From contig NC_068986.1 of assembly GCF_001194135.2 (NCBI RefSeq), positions 67,096,467 through 67,160,169 on the forward strand: DNA of 63,703 bases. Reading direction: 5' to 3'. The notes under the pieces are model-generated. The model was given only the letters and a program-made list of their open reading frames with translations, was not told the origin of the DNA and made no database searches. Shown in pieces: positions 9,681-22,826 of the stretch. Every line of letters starts with the position of its first letter. Position 1 is the stretch's first letter. The stretch comes from Octopus bimaculoides (taxonomy: Eukaryota). The position numbers and the translations under genes are program-made.

Positions 9681-11743
9681 CATTTTACCCACTCATCCAC
9701 CCTCACTACCACTGTGTATTAAACCAACAATATTTTTCTCCCCTTTTAATTCCTTGATCGTCAATTACACTTTTCTCTTTGTATTTTTACTTACCACCTA
9801 TATTATTCTTCTCTCCTTATATTTCTACACCCTCTTCCCTCCCACTTCTCCACCCGTAAACTCACAAATTCATACGCCTACATACACTTCCACCACTTTC
9901 GTACCAATTTATGCCTTTCGGTCATGCTTAAATTCCCCACTCTAACTTGCTTTATTTGTACACGTTTTCTTTCTCTGCTACGACAAAAAATCTTTCTCAA
10001 CCCTCTCCCCTCCAATTTATCTTCTCTTCAAATAATAATCCCACTATTAAATTTTGTGATTAAGCCAAACTACTATATTATCAACTACTGGCCTACCTAA
10101 CTCTTCTTTCCTCTCACTCCCTTATAGTCTATTTTATTTTATTTTATTATTTATCTTTTCTATCTCTTCTTCCCTTCTTCTAATACTTATTTATCCTTAC
10201 ATTTATATATTTCTCACATACTTTGCCCTCCATACATTTTGATTCAATCCTCTTTGCTTCAGCATGTACCTCCTTGCAACAATGTAGCCTTTAATCTAAT
10301 CAAGATATCCTTGGCCAGAAGAGTAGTCGGCTATGTACACCTCACTTGGATTTTACCACTTCTGAGGTTCCACTCGCTATGAAACATGATATGTAGCCAG
10401 GATTTTTCTTACCCTATTCCGTAACTCTTGTATATATATATATATATGGATATAGTTAAACTGATTCACAACATCAGCCCACTTTAATTTTGCTCGGATT
10501 GCTTTCAATTTTGGTGTATTCATGCAACCCTGAATTTTGATTACGTTCAACCAATTACTTTATCTCGTAGATTAAAGAATCTGATATTATTTGGAATTGA
10601 AGTTGGGAAATTTTAGCCAATCGACAGACAGCGAGGCATTAACAGCTAGGTCTCATGACAACCACACTGTGTTCTGTTTCACTTCTCCTGCACGTTGTGT
10701 TGATTCTTAACACCACGTAATTTACTTCACCCGCGTGTTTTGTTTTAATAAAAAAAAATATATATTTATCAATTATAATTTTATTAAAGATATTTTTTGT
10801 CAATTGTCATAATATTTTACATATTCTTCATATATAACGAAAGTTGTTCCCGATGTTTATACAGTTTCTTGACATTATGAAGGTGAATGGAATATGTGAA
10901 CTTAGTACACAACCGCACACCTGCACTTCAAGTACAGTACTGTCAAAGCATCGGTGAATCATCGACTCAGTATTGCCAAACTTCAGGGACTCATTGACTC
11001 AGATAGCTGGATTTATGATTTCACTAGGTTAATTCTATTCATAAATATTTAAACTAGGAATACTTAAACCGCCAGCTTCACATTTCAACAGCTTAACTGA
11101 AATTTAGCCCACGCAACAGTAACTGAGATTGATATCGTGGAACAGAGAAACTGGGTGATACAGATAATTTGACATTAATTTTGAAATCTGCATACAAAAA
11201 ACACAAGATACAGGTATTCTTTTTCTTGGGAAAAATTCTTTTTTGACCAGTGTTATTCTTATCGTATTTTACAAATCCAAGCATGAAAACGTTGCTCAGC
11301 TTTGGAGTTTTGGAGAGAGACACCCCCTTTTTACACACGCTCTCACACACACACACTCACACACACACATGAAAGCATAAATGTACATATAAACTTATAT
11401 ATAAATACATACATCCACATACGTTTAAATATTAATGATGTACACAAATACAAGACAGATATATATACATAAGGAATATTTAAGGGATGCTGTCAAAAAC
11501 AACCTAAAGACTTTTAGTGAGGGTAGCCAAAACGAGGAACGGATGACGGAAAATCGATCGGTTCGAAAAGAAGTGATCTACAATGGTTGTAAAACACTTG
11601 AACCACAGAGAATCGAACGCTTCATCATAAAACAAGAATTTCGTAAACAGGACATCAATCCCAGACACTTTTCTACCCGAAAATCTTTGTAATATCTGCT
11701 GTAAGGTTTATTTGTCCAAAGTCAATCTTGCTAGTCATATGAG

Positions 11744-11822
<79 letters not shown>
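11744..11822 (+). repeat. (TATC)n array; second array at 12067-12144
   Basis: Perfect tetranucleotide runs. Confidence 0.97.
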
Positions 11823-11827
11823 GTGTA

Positions 11828-12066
11828 TGTGTCGTCGTCCATTCTTTTACACAAGAACGACCTGTTTCTCGACCGGATTGTGACTAGCGATGAAAAGTGG
11901 ACTCTGTACAACAACCGGCGACGCTCAGCTCAGTGGTTGGACGCCGATGAACCTTCACTGCACCTCCCGAAGCCAAAGTTGCACCAAATAAAGGTCATGG
12001 TGACTGTTTGCTGGTCTGCAGCCGGTCTTATCCATCACAACTTTTTGGATCCAGGCGAAACCATTA
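11828..12066 (+). mobile_element. Internal mariner (Hsmar1/cecropia-like) transposase fragment
   Basis: FLDRIVTSDEKWTLYNNRRRSAQWLD..KLHQIKVMVTVCWSAAGLIHHNFL.PGETI. Confidence 0.92.
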
Positions 12067-12144
<78 letters not shown>

Positions 12145-12809
12145 CACCTACACACAAACACACGCACACACTCACACATACACACACATATAGATAGATA
12201 GATATATCATTAAATTAAAACAGCAGTACAATGGCAACAGCAATATCAACAAGACTAAGCAATCAAAGAACGCAGCAGTTATTCACAACAAAGCGGAAAA
12301 AGAAGTAAAGAAAGAAGTATAATAAGCAGCAGCAAACAACAATAACTACTGTAGCAACACTATTGACAACAATACCATCAGAAAGTAAATCGGATGAAAC
12401 TTCCATAATGATAACAAAATTAATTTGATTTTATGAAAATCAATGAAATTAATCAGTCAGGCAAAAAGGAAATAATAATAGTTATTTATATATATATTTA
12501 TTTTTTATTTAGCCGCCAGAACCTAACTTACATAAAAAAACGTGCTAAAAAGGCGTTAAGAAAACATGTAGGGATATACAAAGTTATGTAAAAATGTTCG
12601 GAGGAAGAGTAAAAACATTACAAATTTTATTGAGTCGTGTTAATTTTTTTATTGTATAATATAATTATCTGTCTACACAATATTTATGAACGTATATTTA
12701 TATACATATAACATTAACTACATATGTAGGTCTATAAAAGTATAAGCATCTATATATATCTGTTCTTTGTCTACACACCCGTCTTCGTCTTTTGTGTTTT
12801 TGTAAATTC

Positions 12810-12844
<35 letters not shown>

Positions 12845-13875
12845 TGATATGTGCATGTGTGAGTGTGTGTGTAATATGTAGGATAGCATTGATCCAATGA
12901 GAGAATGATAGAATGTCATTCATTACAAAAGACGTGGGTTCCAATGCTACGGGAAGCCTTCGGCTTTTGTATCTAAAAGGGTTTTGCAAATTAATATTTA
13001 CATGCTATTATTTATAGCTTGATATGTGCGTCGCGATCCAGTTCTGAAAAAGAAATTTTTGTTTCCTAATTGGAAAGATGTTCAGAAACAGGCCTTGAAG
13101 CAAAACTGGTCTGCTACTTAGACTTTATGCATAAAATATTTACATAAAGCTAAAACACTTTATGACAATCATGCAAGACATATGTAGTAAGTTTGCCTGC
13201 GTGTAGAAGCGTGTTTATATTTGTGGTATGTTGTTCTCTATATAGTTGTATATTAACATGTGGCTATGAGCAAGCCTGTGGACATATGTGTAAATAACTG
13301 AAACATATGTCAGCAAAATGTGAATGGATTGTTTTACCTCTATGGGTACGCAGGGAACAGTGAGTTTATCTACACTGTGCATGTGTATATCTCTGTGTGT
13401 AAACGTGTGTGATTGTATATGAAGTTGTGTCTCTGTGTGCATGGAATTATGGATGCGAATTTTCATAATTCGTAAAATTCATTAAAAATACATGGAGAAG
13501 TGATATTCTAGAAAATTAAGTGTGCAATTTCTATATTTTGCCATGAATCAAGTCATAGTAATATATAGAGAAATAAGAAAAGAAAAACGTATATTTGTAT
13601 GTATGTATGAATTTATGTATGTATCTCAATACAGTCATATCTGATTATTTGCTTGCACATGACTTACAATAAACTGTATATAAATGATTTATATTCAATT
13701 ATCTATTGCACTACGTATTACAGTATACACACATATATATACATACATGTAAACATACATACATACTTGCATACGTTCATTAATACATACACACTTACAC
13801 ATACACACACCTATATGTATAACTATGTATATACACACACGCATAAGTATATCTATAACTATATACATATATATA

Positions 13876-13943
<68 letters not shown>

Positions 13944-14714
13944 NNNNNNNNNNNNNNNNNNNNNNNNNNNNNNNNNNNNNNNNNNNNNNNNNNNNNNNNN
14001 NNNNNNNNNNNNNNNNNNNNNNNNNNNNNNNNNNNNNNNNNNNNNNNNNNNNNNNNNNNNNNNNNNNNNNNNNNNNNNNNNNNNNNNNNNNNNNNNNNNN
14101 NNNNNNNNNNNNNNNNNNNNNNNNNNNNNNNNNNNNNNNNNNNNNNNNNNNNNNNNNNNNNNNNNNNNNNNNNNNNNNNNNNNNNNNNNNNNNNNNNNNN
14201 NNNNNNNNNNNNNNNNNNNNNNNNNNNNNNNNNNNNNNNNNNNNNNNNNNNNNNNNNNNNNNNNNNNNNNNNNNNNNNNNNNNNNNNNNNNNNNNNNNNN
14301 NNNNNNNNNNNNNNNNNNNNNNNNNNNNNNNNNNNNNNNNNNNNNNNNNNNNNNNNNNNNNNNNNNNNNNNNNNNNNNNNNNNNNNNNNNNNNNNNNNNN
14401 NNNNNNNNNNNNNNNNNNNNNNNNNNNNNNNNNNNNNNNNNNNNNNNNNNNNNNNNNNNNNNNNNNNNNNNNNNNNNNNNNNNNNNNNNNNNNNNNNNNN
14501 NNNNNNNNNNNNNNNNNNNNNNNNNNNNNNNNNNNNNNNNNNNNNNNNNNNNNNNNNNNNNNNNNNNNNNNNNNNNNNNNNNNNNNNNNNNNNNNNNNNN
14601 NNNNNNNNNNNNNNNNNNNNNNNNNNNNNNNNNNNNNNNNNNNNNNNNNNNNNNNNNNNNNNNNNNNNNNNNNNNNNNNNNNNNNNNNNNNNNNNNNNNN
14701 NNNNNNNNNNNNNN

Positions 14715-14761
<47 letters not shown>

Positions 14762-15975
14762 TTGTATATGTATGTCTGTTTCTGTGGAAATATTTCATAG
14801 AACGTATTTTTAATGAGGATTAGTTGCACCGTGCGCGAGTAATTCTGTGTGTGTATGCATGCGTGCGCACGTGTGTGTATGTGTGCGTGTGTATGTATGT
14901 GCATGCATGCGTGCGTGTGTACATATGTGTGTACGTCAGTGAAGTTGAAATGAAAATAAAAGTACACTAATTGCTCGGCTATAAAGATTATGAAGTCAAC
15001 AATGAAGGCTGTTGTACATTTTTTTCTTCTTGTAGGAAAGTAGAATACTGTAGAAGTCGAGTCCTATGCTACTCGATGATCGTATAATACTATTTTTATG
15101 GTTCTTCTAGGTACTGAAGTGGTCTTCAGAATATACTCATTGAATCACCTCAATATATATATATATATATATCAATATGCAATAGGTTCTCTACTTCGAT
15201 AACATAATTATTATTTATAGCATCACTAATATAGATGTAATTATTTTGCTGTTAGCCTGATTATTCTCCTGTTTTGCGCTCACTCATGCGTGCAGACACA
15301 CGTTTACAGGTACAGAAATTATATAAACATACATTTACACATACATCCACAAATACACACACATATTTGAAGATGAGAGAGAAGAAGAATGGACCAGATG
15401 AAATCGTGTATGTGAGAGACAGAGAGAGAATGTGAAAGAAAAAAATGATGGAGTGAATGAAAGAAAGAAAAAGAGAGAGAAAGCACCTAAATTTTAAGAG
15501 AACGTCTAATCTGTGTGCACGATCCAGCATGATTTGAAGTCAATAACGGGAAGCATTTAAAAAAAACCTATGCATTTAATCTTATACTTTAGTATCTCAG
15601 TCACTTTCAAAAAGTTTATCACCGTTAAGTTACTTATTTTAAAAAGTATCCGAGCTTATCCACTGCTTACAAATTACATTTGATGCTATGTTAAGCTACA
15701 GGAAACTAAGGTATCCTATGAGTAATATTATCACCGTAATAATATATATATGTGTGTTCTGTTCTAATTTTCATTATTTCAAGTCTTCCTGAAGGAAAGA
15801 GTTAGTTTCTAATATGTTAGATTGTCAAGAAAGTTATTGCGGAATTTTTAATTTTGGTTTTAAATGATGTATTTTCAAATTAATTTTCGTTAAATTACTT
15901 TGACTTTATATATCATTTTAAAGCCCGTTTTTTACTCTATCTAATCGTATTACTCTTTTTTTTTTTGAATAATTA

Positions 15976-16563
15976 GGCCATTTCTTCCGGAACGTTAAAT
16001 ACGACATAGACAAAAAGCAAATTCGCACAATTCCAGTTCAAGCTAGGCCGAAAAGCTCTTGAAGCAGCACGCGATATCAACGATGCCTTAGGCTCAGAAA
16101 CCACTAACGAACGTACAGCACAATGGTGGTTCAAGAAATTTCGTAACGGTAACGAGAGTCCTGAAGATGATAAGCGTAGTGGTCGACCTTCAGATGTTGA
16201 CAACGATCAACTAAGAGCCCTAGTGGAAGCCAATTCACAAACAACTGTTCGAGAGCTTGCTTTTGAATTAGACGTAACGTATACGACAATTTCCAACTAC
16301 TTGAAAGAGATTGGAAAACAAAAATATTTGAGAAATGGGTGCTGCACGAATTGAACGACAACCAAAAGAAAAACGCCGTTTTGAAGTGTCGTCTTCCCTT
16401 ATTTTACACAAGAACGACCCATTTCTCGACCGGATTGTGACTTGCGATGGAAAGTGGATTCTGTACGACAACCGGCGACGCTCAGCTCAGCGGTTGGACT
16501 CCGGCAAACCTCCACGGCACTTCCCGAAGACAAAGTTGCACCAAAAGAAGGTCATGGTGATAT
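15976..16563 (+). mobile_element. Mariner transposase 5'/central remnant
   Basis: QWWFKKFRNG..SGRPS..KW(V)..FLDRIVTCDGKWILYDNRRRSAQ..HQKKVMV; frameshifted. Confidence 0.92.
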
Positions 16564-16740
16564 TTTTACACATATTAGGATAATTTGGGTTACGTTGATT
16601 ATTATTTACATTAGTTACATTTGACGAATATTTCTAAATATAGAACTGTACTTTGATTATGCCTTCTGTTATTATGGTTGTTCTTGTTTTCTGAACACAC
16701 GTTGTTTCAGACAATATTATTAGATTGCAATATTATCATC

Positions 16741-17390
16741 AGTCCGAATATACTTGATGCCTGTTTGAACTGGGGAACAAGCTACTCATTGCGTTTTGTC
16801 ACAGAGAATGTATCACGTTGTTGACAAAATAGTGTGTACACACTTAGATCAGCTCGCAGCACCATCTACCTAGACTGTGAAAGAATAGCATTTCGGAGTT
16901 GTTGTCTCCTCGTTGGTCACAGACACTAAGCAGACGAAACTACGAGCTGAATTGAGAGATTAGCTCTCTTATGTTTTTCTAGTCACCGTACGATGACTGG
17001 CAGCGCTATAAGGCGGCTCACCGTAAGTAAATTACGGTGGAGGAGCGCTAATTATTGGTAAATGAAATTGCAATGTTATTATCTGTCTGAGTATGCTTGA
17101 TGCACGTTCGAACTAGGGAACAAGCTACTCAGTGCGTTTTGTACGATGACTGGAAAAGCATAAGAGAGGTAATCTTTTAATTCAGCTTGTAGTGTCGTCT
17201 GCTTAGTGTCTGTGATCGACGAGGAGATAACAACTCCAAAATGCTAGCACCTCACAGTCTAGTAGATGGCACTGAGAGCTGATCTAAGTGTATACACCAT
17301 ATTTGTCAAGAAGCCAGGAATATTGTCCGTGACAAAACACAGTGAGTAGCTTGTTTCCCAGTTAGAACGTGCATCAAGTATATTCGGACT
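16741..17390. mobile_element. Unclassified foldback/MITE-like element with about 250-bp inverted arms
   Basis: AGTCCGAATATACTTGATGC..ACAAGCTACTCA..CACTTAGATCAGCTC..CACAGACACTAAGCAGACG mirrored at about 17140-17390. Confidence 0.85.
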
Positions 17391-17934
17391 ATCAGTCCGT
17401 ATATATTTGATGCAATTTCATTTATCAATGCTTAGCACCCCCACCTCCGCAATATTGTTCCTATAACTTCCTATTGCTAAGTTTACGAATATGGTATTCG
17501 AGATTATTTTACATTGCATAGGGTAGTTTCACCATATGCCTGTTAAAAGTTGTACAGTACCTACTAGATATAAGAAAATGTCTATCTAATATGGAAAACA
17601 TTCTCCATCAGTTTTAGATGATACCGGTAATCCGAACGCCGTATTATACCATAAAATACTACATTTGTTAAACTTCGCATTTGGTTTAGTATAACTGTCA
17701 CCGTATTTTGTAGAATTATGCAGATTGGAATTTAAATAAGATTTTTTAAATTCCTATTTCCCACTGCCTTCTTTAAATTTCTTTTTCTGTCTGCACTTTT
17801 ATTCCACCACTTAATTCTGATTTTAAATTTAGGCTCTTCCCTTCCGTAATATTATCACTTTTGCATCATGTTCAGTAACACACCTAATACGTTTTATTTT
17901 TTATTATTTTCATTTTTATATTGATTAATTATAC

Positions 17935-18590
17935 TACTAGTGGGACCTGTGGAAATTCCACAGAATGAAAAGTCAGTGAAGTATAACATATATAAAACTT
18001 CTGACACCCAGAAATGCAGACTCTGTGATAAGAGTGTGGAAAATGTGACCCATTTGGTAAGTGGATATGAGAGCCTTGCACAAAAAGAATACAAATGTCA
18101 CCATGATAAAGTGTGTGTGTGTATCTTCATTGGCTTTTTGCCATAAATACTAATATGAAGTAACAGAGAACTGGTATGAGCATGCACCAAGTAAAGTTAT
18201 GCAGAAAGATGGAAAAGGAAGGATACTCTGGGACTATGATTTTCAGACGGATCATGTAATCGAACACCGTCAGCCGGATATTGTCTTACTGAATAAGAGA
18301 GACAAATACTGTCGGATCATTGATGTAGCCATACCAAATGACATAAATGTTGTGCGTAAAGAGGTTGAAAAAAATCAACAAGTACTCCGAAATGAAAATA
18401 GAAATGACAAGACTGTGTGGAATGCGAGAGGTTAATGTAAAAGTGGTACTCGGAGCGTTCGGCTCAATCACATTGAAAGTTCAAGAATTCTTAAGGTAAC
18501 TGGAAATCCATGCAAGATTGATGTTTTGCAAAAAGGAACCTTATTGGGCACAGCGCACATCTTAAGAAGGAAAGGCTGAGTTGCTTGTTG
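17935..18590 (+). mobile_element. R4/Dong-type non-LTR retrotransposon 3' remnant (zinc knuckle plus restriction-like endonuclease)
   Basis: KCRLC..ENVTHLVSG..LAQKEYK..HDKV; ILWD..QTDH.IEHRQPDIV..IIDVAIPND. Confidence 0.88.
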
Positions 18591-18644
18591 TGACTTGACA
18601 GATGACTAACGACTCCGGTTCATTTTTATCTACACTGTGTTACG

Positions 18645-18762
<118 letters not shown>

Positions 18763-19926
18763 CCTACATGAACTTCTAACTTGTTGTCTCTTGAGGTCTC
18801 TGGGCGAGACTTGGATCCAACTTGTACAAATGCAAAACAAAAGTCAAACATAAAATAATAATAATAACTATTATTATTATTGTCGATGTTGTTGTTGTTG
18901 TTCTCACTTTAGTGTGGGCTTAGAATTTGGTCTACTTTACTATGGTGGAAGTGAAATGAGAATAAAATGTTCCCTCCCCCATCAATGAAAATTAAATCAA
19001 ACCACAGCAATGCTAAATTGAAACCAAACATGCTGTGTGAAGCGAGTTTCAAGTCCATTTGTATGTACGTATGTATCTATGGTGCTCTTGGACATGACCA
19101 TATGATGTGCGCCTGGTTGTGGACGATACTCTCATTGTAATGGACAAACTGCAATATGAGAAATTAGAGGGACACTAGAAAATTAATCACAAACATTCAT
19201 CTTGAAAATATACATACGTAACTTACGTTTATCTTAAATACTCAAATAAATTCCTGCACTTACAAGAAGACATGAGCTTTCTCATGTATATAAAATATGT
19301 ATAGCGAATCCCTGACTTTGCAGGGCATTTAGATTCTCCTCAACAAACGAAGCACTAAATAAAGTAATCTAGCGAATAAAACAACACTAATCAATGATGG
19401 CTATTGAGAAACTCTACTAGACCAAGCCATATAGCAATATATACACAATTACAAGGCAGTAAATGCATTTTATACTTCACCTATTCAAAATAAACAAACC
19501 ACATATAAAGTGTGTTATATGAATCATATGCTTACTAGCTATAGAGTAAAAGATTACTTTATTGAAATCCTCATCAATAGTTGACAGAATGCATTGCAAC
19601 AAACATAGACTAACTCAAATAACACCAACAAGAAAACCATTGTTCGGTCACTTGACATATTAAAAATAGCAAACTTGTCTTCCTCAAATCAGAATTTTTA
19701 AAAGGACACGGTAGTCAATGTCGTCCAAGTTACTTTGTATGAACAAGAAAAACATGTCTGTCTAGACGAGAATATATTTAATCATAGGTTTGCTGGATTA
19801 GACCCAGGTTCCCTAGGTCTGAAGACCAGCCTTGATCATTATGTCTTTTATTCAAATATATGTATATCTATTCACACGCGCGCACGCACACACACACACA
19901 CGCAGAAATATCTTATCTATTATTCT

Positions 19927-20048
19927 TAAACAAGAATATTCTTGGGTATGACGTCGAAGTTTCGACCAGCTAAGTCATCATCAGACCGTTTAACGATGTC
20001 TTAGCTGACCGAAACTTTGAAACCACTGCCAAGAATATTCTTGTTCAA
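19927..20048. mobile_element. Short palindromic element with hammerhead arms
   Basis: Both ends carry the palindrome CAAGAATATTCTTG (19931-19944, 20030-20043); arms GAAGTTTCGACCAGCTAAGTCATC and GATGTCTTAGCTGACCGAAACTT are inverted copies. Confidence 0.85.
19945..19988 (-). ncRNA. Minimal type I hammerhead ribozyme core
   Basis: Minus strand: CGGT-CTGATGA-T-GAC-TTAGCTG-GTC-GAAA-C-TTCGAC-GTC. All core nucleotides intact with a GUC triplet; the stem I 3' strand is degraded in this arm. Confidence 0.65.
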
Positions 20049-20154
20049 GTATGATAAATTTGTGCTCTAAAAAATGTATAGGACAAACCATCAGGTTAAT
20101 ATAAAATGTTTTTATTATAACTGAACATAAAAAAAAACAAATACACACACACAT

Positions 20155-20218
<64 letters not shown>

Positions 20219-21858
20219 GCACACACACACACACACACACATATATATACACACATATACATATCNNNNNNNNNNNNNNNNNNNNNNNNNNNNNNNNNNN
20301 NNNNNNNNNNNNNNNNNNNNNNNNNNNNNNNNNNNNNNNNNNNNNNNNNNNNNNNNNNNNNNNNNNNNNNNNNNNNNNNNNNNNNNNNNNNNNNNNNNNN
20401 NNNNNNNNNNNNNNNNNNNNNNNNNNNNNNNNNNNNNNNNNNNNNNNNNNNNNNNNNNNNNNNNNNNNNNNNNNNNNNNNNNNNNNNNNNNNNNNNNNNN
20501 NNNNNNNNNNNNNNNNNNNNNNNNNNNNNNNNNNNNNNNNNNNNNNNNNNNNNNNNNNNNNNNNNNNNNNNNNNNNNNNNNNNNNNNNNNNNNNNNNNNN
20601 NNNNNNNNNNNNNNNNNNNNNNNNNNNNNNNNNNNNNNNNNNNNNNNNNNNNNNNNNNNNNNNNNNNNNNNNNNNNNNNNNNNNNNNNNNNNNNNNNNNN
20701 NNNNNNNNNNNNNNNNNNNNNNNNNNNNNNNNNNNNNNNNNNNNNNNNNNNNNNNNNNNNNNNNNNNNNNNNNNNNNNNNNNNNNNNNNNNNNNNNNNNN
20801 NNNNNNNNNNNNNNNNNNNNNNNNNNNNNNNNNNNNNNNNNNNNNNNNNNNNNNNNNNNNNNNNNNNNNNNNNNNNNNNNNNNNNNNNNNNNNNNNNNNN
20901 NNNNNNNNNNNNNNNNNNNNNNNNNNNNNNNNNNNNNNNNNNNNNNNNNNNNNNNNNNNNNNNNNNNNNNNNNNNNNNNNNNNNNNNNNNNNNNNNNNNN
21001 NNNNNNNNNNNNNNNNNNNNNNNNNNNNNNNNNNNNNNNNNNNNNNNNNNNNNNNNNNNNNNNNNNNNNNNNNNNNNNNNNNNNNNNNNNNNNNNNNNNN
21101 NNNNNNNNNNNNNNNNNNNNNNNNNNNNNNNNNNNNNNNNNNNNNNATATATATATATATATATATACATAAATATATATATACGTACATACAGGCATAC
21201 ATACATGTTCTCTTTCATATACAAACATACATACATACATACATATATGTTCTCTTTCATATGTTATATGCGTGAATATGATCGAAGTATCAAGCTTAAC
21301 TACCCTCAAGGTAACAATTTACTTGAATCTTTCGTCATCCTGTTGATGAAAAATACTTGAACAATTTGCGGTATTTCGGCAATCTTATGTGCTCAGCATA
21401 GAGTCTAATATGTGTGTTATTTATTATATAGTCTTTTATATTGTCAAAGCCAAAAAAGTAGCATCATCATATCATTTGATTCTTTCCTTACTAAACCATA
21501 CAACTGTTGATACTCTAAATAAATGTTTATTTCCGAGAAAAAAATATACAAAGCACCTAGTTTTAGATTAAGTTAACTCGATATTATGATAATCTCTATA
21601 AGCCGTTTACCTGTTTTCAGTTCTTTAGAATGTCTTTTCTCTCCCTTATATTTAATATTCTGTCTTCTTTCAGTTTGTACTGTTTTTGCTATAATCGTTT
21701 CCATGCTCCATCCTCAACATTTCCCTCCCACTTCTCTTAACATTTTTTCTTTCTTTCCCGCTTTCTTCATAATCTCTCATCTTCTCACTAGCTTCTACAT
21801 CATCCCTCCCTTTTATAATCTCCTGAACTCTCTTCGAATTCTTTCTTCATAATCTCCC

Positions 21859-21924
<66 letters not shown>

Positions 21925-22157
21925 ACATACTGACATTTTCTCTCTCTTTCTCTCCCTTTTCTCTCTCTCACTTTATTTTTCCATCTATAGTTTTGTCATC
22001 ACGTTCATTCTTTATGCGTTTTCACCAACTTCAGATATTTTCTCGTCTGTCTCTCTTTGTTCTATTTTCTCTCTTCCAACTTCTCTGTATATCTTTTGAC
22101 TATATAAGCGTTTCTCATTCTACACATATTTTTTACATCATTCCATATTCTTATTTC

Positions 22158-22159
<2 letters not shown>

Positions 22160-22207
<48 letters not shown>

Positions 22208-22315
22208 GCCTGTCTGCCTGTCTGCATGTCTGCCTGTCTGTCTGTGTGTCTGTCTGTCCGTCCGTCTGTCCGTCCGCCTGTCTGTCTGCCTGCCTGTCTG
22301 TCTGTCTAGTCAGCT
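22160..22315 (+). repeat. (TATC)n grading into (TGTC/TGCC)n
   Basis: Direct reading. Confidence 0.9.
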
Positions 22316-22785
22316 TGCTAGCAAACTGGTTACATCATTGTATTTATTCTTTTTCATCCCTGTCATTATGAATTTGTTTTCCTTTTGTCTTAATTCGGTA
22401 AAAACATTGAAGAGTATAATTAAAACATAGTAGAAATATAAACGAATGATTAAAAACCTGAAATACAATCCCAGAAAATGCAGGAAAAAAGTTAAAAATC
22501 AAACTTAAAATTCCCTTTGATAAAAGTAGAAATGATTTCCATTCCGTGCTTTCGTACAAGGACTAGCACGTTACTATTGATTTCTGCCAAAAAGGACTGA
22601 AAGTAGGAGAATTAAAAGAAATGGCATCATCGGAGCATGTAGCTGAAACATATAAACAGAAGTAGTGGTCGTTGCGGTTGAGCTACCGAAACAAATTCTA
22701 CATTAAAAACAAATAATAAAATAATTCTATAAACACATAACTCAAATCAATCACATTGAATCGGGATTAATATTTATTGTTCCAG

Positions 22786-22826
22786 CTGAAAGAGTTAATT
22801 AACGAACAGGCGAGAGAAGCAAGGAA
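22786..22826 (+). CDS. Candidate 41-nt internal exon (LKELINEQAREAR), gene unknown
   Basis: TATTTATTGTTCCAG acceptor, GAA/GTAAGG donor, open purine-rich frame, non-repetitive flanks; no homology recognised. Confidence 0.3.

Noticed and set aside
10300-10410. Possible hammerhead at the 3' end of the 9.3-kb Penelope-like remnant
   Set aside because: CAGAAGAG and GAAAC occur but do not assemble into a consistent three-way junction.
11435-11692. 85-aa ORF without repeats
   Set aside because: No recognised motif or splice signals; probably TE-derived or chance.
12953-12970. AAGCC-TTC-GGCTT hairpin followed by Ts, terminator-like
   Set aside because: A 5-bp stem is expected by chance, and intrinsic terminators are irrelevant in this eukaryotic DNA.
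15036-15110. Strong acceptor plus weak donor, possible exon
   Set aside because: Stops in all three frames; it could only be non-coding and has no other support.
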